From Chiloscyllium plagiosum (Eukaryota), in contig NC_057753.1 of the NCBI RefSeq assembly GCF_004010195.1, forward strand, positions 630,330 through 694,329: a stretch of 64,000 nucleotides of DNA, given 5' to 3'. The position numbers were made by a program, and so were the translations under genes. The notes beneath the pieces were generated by a model. That model saw only the letters and a program-made list of their open reading frames with translations. It did not search any database and was not told the origin of the DNA. Shown piece by piece: positions 53,285 to 61,608 of the stretch (the stretch's first letter is position 1; every line of letters begins with the position of its first letter).

Positions 53285-54330
53285 ATAGAGTCATAGAGAT
53301 GTCAGTACGGAAACAGACTGTGGTGTAACACATGCACGACAATCAGATAAACTAAATTAATCCACTCCCGTTTGCCAGCACTTGGCTCATATCCCTCCAA
53401 CCTCTTCCTATTCATATACCCATACATATTGGTTTTAACTGCTGTAACTCTATCAGCCTACACCAGTTCCACTGGCAGCTCATTCCATACTTGCACCATT
53501 GTCTGAATGAAAGAAGTCGCCCCTTTAGTCTCTTTTAAATGTTTCCCCTCTCAGCCCGAACCTGTACACTCTACTTCTTGACTCCCCCACCCAAGGGAAC
53601 AGACCTTGTCTATTTACCCTATTTATGCCCCTCATGATTTGAAAAACCTCTATAAAGTCACCATTCATCCCCTAACGCTACAGGGAAAAAAAAACAGCCG
53701 AAGACTATTCAGACTCTCCCTCTAGCTCAAACCTTTCAACCCTGGCAACATCCTTGCTTATCTTTTCTGAAACATTTGAAGTTTTACAGAATACTTCTCA
53801 TAGGAGAGAGACCAGAATTGCAGACAATATTCCAAAAATGGCCTAACCAATGTCCTGTACATCTGCAACATGATCTCTCAACTGCTATATTCAAGATATA
53901 TGAAGGCAAGCATACCAAATGCCTCCTTCATTATCTAACTGCGACTCCACTTTCAAGGAACTATGAACCTGCACTTCAAGTTGTTTTTCTTCAGCCACAC
54001 TCTCCAGGATCTTACTATTAAGAGTGTAGGTCCTGCTCTTATTTGCCTTTCCAAAATACAGAACACACATTAGTCTAAGTTAAACTGAATCTGACATCAC
54101 TCGGTCCATTCGCCCTTCTGATGAACTTCCTGTTGTACTGTGAGCTAACTTGCTTTGCCGCCCGGTATCCCTCCAATCTTGGTGCTGTCTGCAAATTTAC
54201 TAACTTTGACTACGATGTTGACGTCCACATTTTTCAAATAAATGACGAAAGCAGTGGACACAAAACCAATCTTTGTGGCATACCACTGGGTCCCAGGCCT
54301 CCAGCCTGAAAAACAACACTCCGCCACCAC
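53285..54330 (-). mobile_element. CR1 RT to 3' end
   Basis: VSKFADSTKIGG; gagtcatagagat tail. Confidence 0.8.
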
Positions 54331-56476
54331 CAAAACATTGAAAGTATTCAAATGTCTGCTAGGTATAACACCTAGGACAAATTGGGATCAACGCTGATGG
54401 GGAGAAATCATGATTAGGCTGTTGAGATGTTCGTGATTAATGGCAGAGAAAGCTTGAAGAGCCGAAAGGCCTCTTCCTTCTCTGATCTTGTTTCTGATTC
54501 GTGTTTCCTGTATTTGCCTTTCAGCGTTATTCGATTTATTGCACATCATGTTGATGTTGTCTTTTTAACCTAAAAGTTTTATTTAACTTATCCTGTAGCA
54601 GGTAGGTTGTGAATTTTTTTAAAGAATTCAATATAATACATCATTTTATCTGAATCTGGACAAACGTCTGTTTATTTTCCCAGGGTATAATATCTGTAAC
54701 AAACAGAAATCTGATGTCCATTCCTGGTGAGTCCCATTCATTCCTTAAATCCTAACGCAATCTTGTCAACAATGCCGGGCTGTCAACACCATACTTTCAA
54801 ACAAGTCCCACTTTCCAGTTTTTGTAAATGACTCAGTTAGAAAATCAAACTGCGCCAAGTGTCTAACAGCCTTGAAATCTCCTGTATCCACCTTCCGTCT
54901 AATAATCCACAAACTACTGTTCCCAGAGATATCAATCCAATTTTCAAGTCTTTGATGTAGAATGTCCAGGAAGCCTCCATAAAAGATGGGATTTGCAAAC
55001 ATTTCCAAATGTACTTTGCGTGCCATTTGCCTCAATGAATCCTCTTTGCTAAATACAATGGAACTCCTCTGAACACAGTTGGAACTGGATGCCCTCTCAA
55101 AATTATTACCTGAAAGGTGTGTAAGGACATTCCAAAAAGGTTAAAAACCATTCAATACGACACAACCAGGCTATTCATTCTGCAAAATTCTGAACAGTGT
55201 GGTATCAGGTTACTTTGTCTCACAGTAAAGATCTTTAACTCTCACTTCACTTGTTTATGTTTAAAACAGCATGCGATGTTGCTGAACATTTTGTATTAAA
55301 AACGGGGAAATGCTCAACAGCGTTAGCAATATCTGGGTAGAGCAGAACAAAGTTCAGACTTCACGCCATGAGTTTTAATCGGAGCCCTTCTAATGAAGCA
55401 TCCTGATATGAAGCTACAACCCTGGGAAAAAAAAAATTCACAGCGTCACAACCTTGTCGACGACGGTGTGCATTCAGCCCCTCCGAAAAAGAGTTTACAT
55501 TTAAACGTGTATGAACGGCTTCTAATTCCAGATTCTTCAACCTCTGGAACCTCTCTTTCTCAATGGAAAATCTTTCTGTTCATATTTCAAACATGTATTA
55601 TTTGAAGCAATAATTGCAGTTCTTTGAACAAAGAAAACACAATTTTCATGTATTCCTCATATTCATATTTCCACGTGTCAGGCAACATGGGAAAGAATCT
55701 CTGGTGCAACCTTTGAATTCACAGCATGCAAACTCTTGGCTGGAGTAGAACGCTGAGCTCTGATATAGTGTTGGGATTTATTGTTTGCACTATTTTGTAG
55801 TGATTTATCAAACACGAACTGGAATTTCTATTGACTGTAGAGTCGAACCAAGCTCGAACGTTATGCTCAAAAAGAAGTCTTCCTCAACAAAACAAAACAC
55901 TTTTAGCAATTCAAAGCATATCGAATCTCCTGTCGATTAACAACTCCCAAAAACCTTTTTATAATTGATCATGAATTCCGTATGCTACTTCTAAACTGAT
56001 TCACACCAATCCATCTCTGTCTCTTTGATCTTCTAATTTACTTGCCATAATTTGTAATTGAATATAACATACAAATTTCAGTAGCACCGTCTCGAGGATT
56101 ACACCCAGGTCGATTATGTCAACGTGACTGGAAGTTTCTCCAGAAGCAAATCGTTTGTGAAACTTCTGTCCGTTTTATAGTTCTGGTGAGTATAGCATGC
56201 ATACATTTGGCTGTGTGGCCACTCGGTTTTCAGAGTTCACCATATGTGGGTTGCAGTCTTAATTATTTAAGTGTGTCCCTTTGTTCATGAATTCGCTGTC
56301 TGAACATGACAGATGTTCCCAGATATGAAACTAAAATATCACCAAATTAAACACAAGGAAATTAAGCACATGCTGCTAATTTATCCATTCTAAATTGATG
56401 CAGATTTCCATGATGTGATGACGGTTCTTCTGCACAAAGCTCAGCCCATCACAATTCGTGAGTTAGAATCAACGTG

Positions 56477-56600
56477 ATTGGTTTCTCGCTCCACATGATG
56501 CAAATAAACACAGTCTCCAGTGGTTTATAAGGTCGGTGCTCCGACACACACTGTTACACAGAACAGGTGGCATTGAATTCCAGCGTTGGCTGCGTATAAA
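56477..56600 (+). promoter_or_regulatory. IgNAR V promoter
   Basis: Inverted CCAAT 56477-56481, E-box CACATG 56492-56497 abutting octamer ATGCAAAT 56498-56505, TATAA 56526-56530, E-box CAGGTG 56564-56569, and a second TATAAA at 56595-56600 (probably too close to the ATG). Confidence 0.7.
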
Positions 56601-56624
56601 GTTCTGCCTGTTGGTGCAGAAACA

Positions 56625-56667
56625 ATGAATATTTTCTTGCTTTCGTGCCTTTCAACCTGGTTACCAA
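56625..56667 (+). CDS. IgNAR: IgNAR leader exon (MNIFLLSCLSTWLP, phase 1)
   Basis: ACAATG start; MNIFLLS...WLPNVFT is the characteristic IgNAR leader; donor A/GTAAGT at 56668; 127-bp intron ending in the acceptor ttttctccgtccag at 56794; splices in frame. Confidence 0.95.
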
Positions 56668-56794
56668 GTAAGTACTGTTTCTTATAGATGTTACTCGCAA
56701 TAGAGACCGTGTTTTCATGATTGAAATGTCCTTGTCTGATACTCGCCTGTTGAGAGGTAAATGTCATGTATTAAATATATTTTTCTCCGTCCAG

Positions 56795-57069
56795 ATGTCT
56801 TTACTGCATGGGTTGACCAAACACCGAGAACAATAACGAAGGAGACAGGCGAATCACTGACCATCAACTGTGTCCTAAAAGATGCTAGCTATGCATTGAG
56901 TGGCACGTACTGGTATCTGACAAAATTGGATGCAACAAAGTGGGACCGCATATCAATTGGTGGACGATACTCTGAAACAGTGAACAAGGGATCAAAGTCC
57001 TTTTCTTTGCGACTTCGTGATCTGAGAGTTGAAGACAGTGGTGCATATCACTGTGAAGCGTATGTTGAC
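56795..57069 (+). CDS. IgNAR: IgNAR variable (VNAR) germline exon, open, canonical Cys only
   Basis: [92 protein letters not shown]; C22, W36, C83; short FR2-CDR2 region diagnostic of VNAR. Confidence 0.98.
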
Positions 57070-57107
57070 CACAGTAATAAACCTGATCTTCTACCAAGAC
57101 AAAAACA
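57070..57107 (+). other. V 3' RSS, 22-bp spacer
   Basis: CACAGTA + 22 nt + ACAAAAACA. Confidence 0.95.
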
Positions 57108-57307
57108 CCTTCAGATCGTCCATGAAGTAAATTGGCCTTGTTTCATCATGTCAACGCTCAACATGCACTTTGAGGCCATAATTTATGATACGGATTAGCA
57201 GGAGGCAGGTTCTAAATGGTTGTGAACAAAATTCAGCCGGAAAGTTCAAAGAACGTGCACTTAGATATTCAGTGTTGTTGTTGAACTTACAGTGACGTGT
57301 GAGCATT

Positions 57308-57388
57308 TGTTTTTGCCCTGGGCTTTATCACTGTGACAGCTGCGATGACCACAACAATCGAGAACTCGACTTCTGTAATACAGAAACT
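57308..57388 (+). other. IgNAR D1 (57336-57349, ACAGCTGCGATGAC) with 5' 12-RSS and 3' 23-RSS
   Basis: TGTTTTTGC-12-CACTGTG, then D, then CACAACA-23-ACAGAAACT. Frames read TAAM, QLR* and SCDD. Confidence 0.92.
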
Positions 57389-57577
57389 ACCAGCACACAT
57401 TGTTACCAGAACCGCAAACACTTTGATTTATTGGTTATCAGGATGGCCAGCTATTCTGGAGCTTGGTCGGATATCAAACCTGGTTTTCTGAAACAAATGT
57501 CAGAAAGTGTACATTGGTCGGAATCCAGCTTGCATTTTGTGTAACTACTTGAGGTTGTTGTATGAATGACAATGCGA

Positions 57578-57641
57578 CATGTTTGCACTGCTGTGTGTGA
57601 CTGTGTGGGATTGCACAGTGACACAAGGCACTGCACAAACC
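57578..57641 (+). other. IgNAR second D (most likely 57606-57613, TGGGATTG) with 3' 12-RSS and a weak 5' 12-RSS
   Basis: The 3' CACAGTG-12-GCACAAACC is clear; the 5' CATGTTTGC-12-GACTGTG is degenerate, so the 5' boundary is uncertain. Confidence 0.78.
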
Positions 57642-57954
57642 TCTCGAACAGTAATTCCCTTTTCTACGTCTGATGGACATGATTTCGTAATGAGCTTTTT
57701 GTAATGAATGCTGCTTTATGGAGTTAACATAAATACCAATTCGTTCACTTCTGGAATTCTATGCACATTTCACGTTGATTATAGCTCGGCAAGCTGACTT
57801 TCCGATGTCACCCAAACTCGTATTGGAGATAGCGGATGTATGAGTGAATTTAAACTGTTAACAAATGAAGATTTGTTAATGCTGTGAATATACATGGAAA
57901 TGGTGGAAAGGATGTGCTTTGGCTTATTTATTACAGGACTTTTGCGTCACTGAC

Positions 57955-57993
57955 GCTTTTTGAATGGCGTTGAATTGGAGCTGACGGATTGTG
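57955..57993 (-). other. J 5' RSS, 23-bp spacer
   Basis: GCTTTTTGA-23-GATTGTG on the + strand. Confidence 0.9.
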
Positions 57994-58038
57994 ACTGCTA
58001 CCATGAAGGAAGAGGCACTTTTCTGGCAGTGAAACCTA
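57994..58038 (+). CDS. IgNAR: IgNAR J segment (CYHEGRGTFLAVKP)
   Basis: G-X-G-T-X-L-X-V motif ending in VKP; phase-1 donor A/GTAAGC at 58039; preceded by a 23-RSS. Confidence 0.93.
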
Positions 58039-61000
58039 GTAAGCTACTTATCGCTATGATTTTGCAGACGAGTTAAAATAATGGTTTTTCTCTTTAAAAC
58101 AGGCTGAACTGCACAATTGAAAATCAGACCATTTCTTCATCGACAAATCTTGTATGCTGTCATTTATGTGTCTTCCATTTCAAACTCATCTGCAGATTTT
58201 GTTTGAGCAAATGTTTGTGAATATAAAGATATAAAGGTATAATGTAGCTGGAAACAAGCCAATATTTAAATATTTATCTTGCTTGGCACAAGAACATAAG
58301 ATGGTCATTTGTGTAGGTCAAGAATCATACTGTTAAGACAGGAAACTACCCAAGTTGTGAGGCTGTACTAATACATGACTGTGTGCCACAAGTATGTAAA
58401 CCCTCGCATCCAAACAATTACCATTAGTCTGGATTGAAGAAATCTTTCTGTTGACATTATTGATTTGGATTGTGTTCAAAATTAATATGTTTCAAAAGGA
58501 AAGACTTATAGTGTAAAAAATTTCGATTACATTAACATTGTCACCAAATCAGCAAATATGCCGTCCATTTTCGAAACTGCAACAATAGTGGCTTGCTAAA
58601 GGTGGGCTTGATAATAATGGTTGATTTGAGCTGTGCTCCAATTGCGCAAAACAATGAATAGTTTGTGCACTGATTTCACCAGGGCTCCATTTCAGACAAC
58701 CAGCAGAGAGTAATTTCGCTGTACTTCAGCATGAAACCAGATTACCTGAAATCTGCTCTCACAGAACCCCGTTCATCTGAGAGTCGACTATTTGAGAACT
58801 CTGCAGTCACTGGAGTTTTAGCATAAGCTTTTAGTTTGAGTTAAAGTGGAAATAATGTAGCCCATCTGTTTGGTTTTTATTGCTTGGGTGGGGAAGTGGA
58901 ATAATTTTTTCTTTGACTGACTGATTACACTCATTGCTGTACGATTCAATTATTTTAACCACATAACCCTATATAATTAGAATCTTCTGCCTTGATCTCA
59001 TGGATCCACAGGATTTAGACATCATACCAAACAAAGCAGGATCGGTGAGTTGATGTGTGCACGACAGCATTATTTTTGTAATGCAGCCACCCTGCTGTGT
59101 TATGGTTATCAGGTAGCCAGGCGTGAGGATGATCTGAGGGGAACCCCACATATGTGGTTAGTATTTGACAACAGTTAACAAAAAAAGGTCAGAAATCAGG
59201 CTGCACTTGACGAAGGGGCAGCAAGTATGTGATATAAAAAAACTTGTTCGACTATAAACTGGTGTCGTGTGAGTTCAGACCTTGATCACACAGTTCAATA
59301 CTGTCACCTCCGAATCCAAGAAAAGTCTGGATTTTCCGTATTATCAATCCCACAAAAGGAAGCATTCACTCCACTAAACAACGACTTCTACTTTTTCGGC
59401 ATTCGTAGACTAATGTGAAAAGACATACAAAAAAAATATGATATTAGTGCATTTAGGGGATGCGTGGAATAGGTTGCCCGGCAGAAGGCACTGTCACTTG
59501 TAATTGAAAAGTAACAAGACCTTTCTCTGCAGTATTGGTAGTGTGGTGTGAAATTCCAAGAATATGGCTCTATTATAGCCTGTGATTTGCCACCAACAGG
59601 CAAACAAAATTGTTAAAATTTGACCCAAAATCAAATCTGAATGGCACGATCTACGCAAATAACTGCTCTCCATCTTCCCATAAGAGAAAGTATGCGGTCA
59701 ATTTTGCAGGAAAACAGACCAGCTGGGCAGGCTAGAAAATTACGCTAACCTGAAGAATAACCTTCAATATAAAACGTGACACCTTAGAAAATACAAGTTG
59801 CAGCAAACCAGACCCTCTAAACTGCTCCAACATTCAGTATGATGGATCAGTCAGCTCAATCTTTCTACCCGTTATATCTCATGTTGTTTCATCCCTTTCG
59901 GCCTAAGGCCGATTTCGAAATGGTCTCGAAAGCAATGAATGTTTTGGCCTCAACAGTTTTCTCTAACAGAAAATCCCATAGGTTCACTACTCTCTTGGTG
60001 AAGAAATTCCTCGTTATCTTATTAGAATTTTGTAACTGTTCATGAGGGTTCCCTCATTTTTCGCTCTCCAGTGAATATGGTCTAGCTGAATATGCTCTCT
60101 CCATGCAGATCAGTCCTGCCCCCCAAGAAATAGTCTGGCACCTAGTACGGTCAGATAAGTGTTGTGTCTGAAGGGAAATCATAGACACATATGGTTCTGA
60201 GAAAAAAAAAAAAGATTTGGAGTTTCATTTATTTCATCGTCAAGGTAGAAGAATAAATTGCAGGTCGGAGATTTTCTGGAGGGGAAGAGGAAAAGATACA
60301 GTGCGATAATCATTTGGCTTCGGGTAATTTATTACTACCTGAAACTCTCCCAAAACAATTGTTTCCATGCCTGCTTGAACAACTATAGAACCGATTTTAA
60401 TTTTGTATGTATGTTACTTTATTTCATTCAGTTAATAGTTATTTTGAAAATTTCATAGAATACCGAAATGATGCAAATTGAGCTTCAAATGTATTTTCCT
60501 AAAATGGCCGACAGAAATTTTCAGGGTTAATTTGACGTTTGTTTTCTCTCACTGAAAACACTGAATAAGACGATGGTATATTCGCTGTGCCAGCTGCGTT
60601 TTCACGGAAAACGTATATTTAATATTGAAATTTGCCAGCAGTATGAATCTAATACCTGCATTATTGGTTATCTTCAAGCTAATTACTCTCACTGTTTCTA
60701 ACTTGTTATTCCTTTACCATCTCTGTTGTTACTTAATTAGCTCTGCTATTTTTATCATTGTCGTCAAATACTACTCACTGTAATGCATCCATTTGGATCT
60801 GAAGTTTCCAATATTTCATGGAAATTCCTCTCCTTTCCACCAACGCAGGGAATGCTGCTTATGTTATAAATATTGCATTTCTTAAGAATATCTATCGATT
60901 TGATTAAAAATAAGACCCTTAAGATGTCGGTATCACCAGCAAATTTTCACACCAGCAAATTTAGGATATAAATGCACTCTACCCTATAAAATATGGCATT

Positions 61001-61459
61001 AACTTTGCTGCGTTCTCCAGAATTATTTAGCAATTTTATTGCAGTTATTGGCAAATTAGACCAAGCTGGTCCTCCAATCCAGCATGCAATGTCATAAAAT
61101 TCGTGACAATGACCTGCTGCTCCATAAGAATCATTAACAGTGTTTTCTTGGACGTCTCAAATATTACTGGGAAATTGTATACTGACTTCTTCTGATTTGT
61201 AGTATTTTTTATGAACATGATAACGTAATATCTCCGTACATATGCAGCATTCCAGTAAACATTCAGCCAGGAGGCTGCAAAACCATTCCTCATAAGATAA
61301 GTGGTTCATTCCATGGAATTGTCAGGTAACCCTTTTCTGAACATCCTCTGATGCAATTGCATCTTCTGTGAATGAGATGAACAGTCTGACACACTACATT
61401 CCAGGGCTAATCTAGCATATATCTGGTTTATCTGAAACAAAAAATGACTTCTGTAGATT

Positions 61460-61608
61460 GTGTCGAGAGTGTGGTGCTGGAAAAGCACAGCAAGTCAGGC
61501 AGCATCCGACGATTCTCCTGCTTCTCGGATGCTGCATGACCTGTTTTGCTTTTTCCAGCCCCACACTGTCGACTCTGATTTCCAGCATCTGCACTCCACA
61601 CTTTCTCT
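61460..61608. mobile_element. Fold-back PLE terminus lacking the hammerhead, inside a decayed - strand CR1 (about 61300-63200)
   Basis: Inverted arms at ~61463-61509 and 61526-61573; flanked by TTCTGTAGATT (61449-61459) and TTCTGTACATT (61609-61619). Confidence 0.75.

Noticed and set aside
56761-57198. 145-aa ORF as a single-exon gene
   Set aside because: Its start lies in the leader intron and its tail reads through the RSS; the real structure is leader exon plus V exon.
57482-57530. Possible third D: GGTTTTCTG-12-GAAAGTG
   Set aside because: Heptamer matches only 4/7 and no 3' RSS follows.
59702-59735. Acceptor-like ttttgcag as the start of a C1 exon
   Set aside because: Stop after 8 codons and no Ig constant-domain Cys/Trp pattern; no C exon recognised up to 64000.
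60934-60962. Short tandem duplication CACCAGCAAATTT x2 (similar ones near 35926 and 50902)
   Set aside because: Ordinary slippage products with no sign of function.
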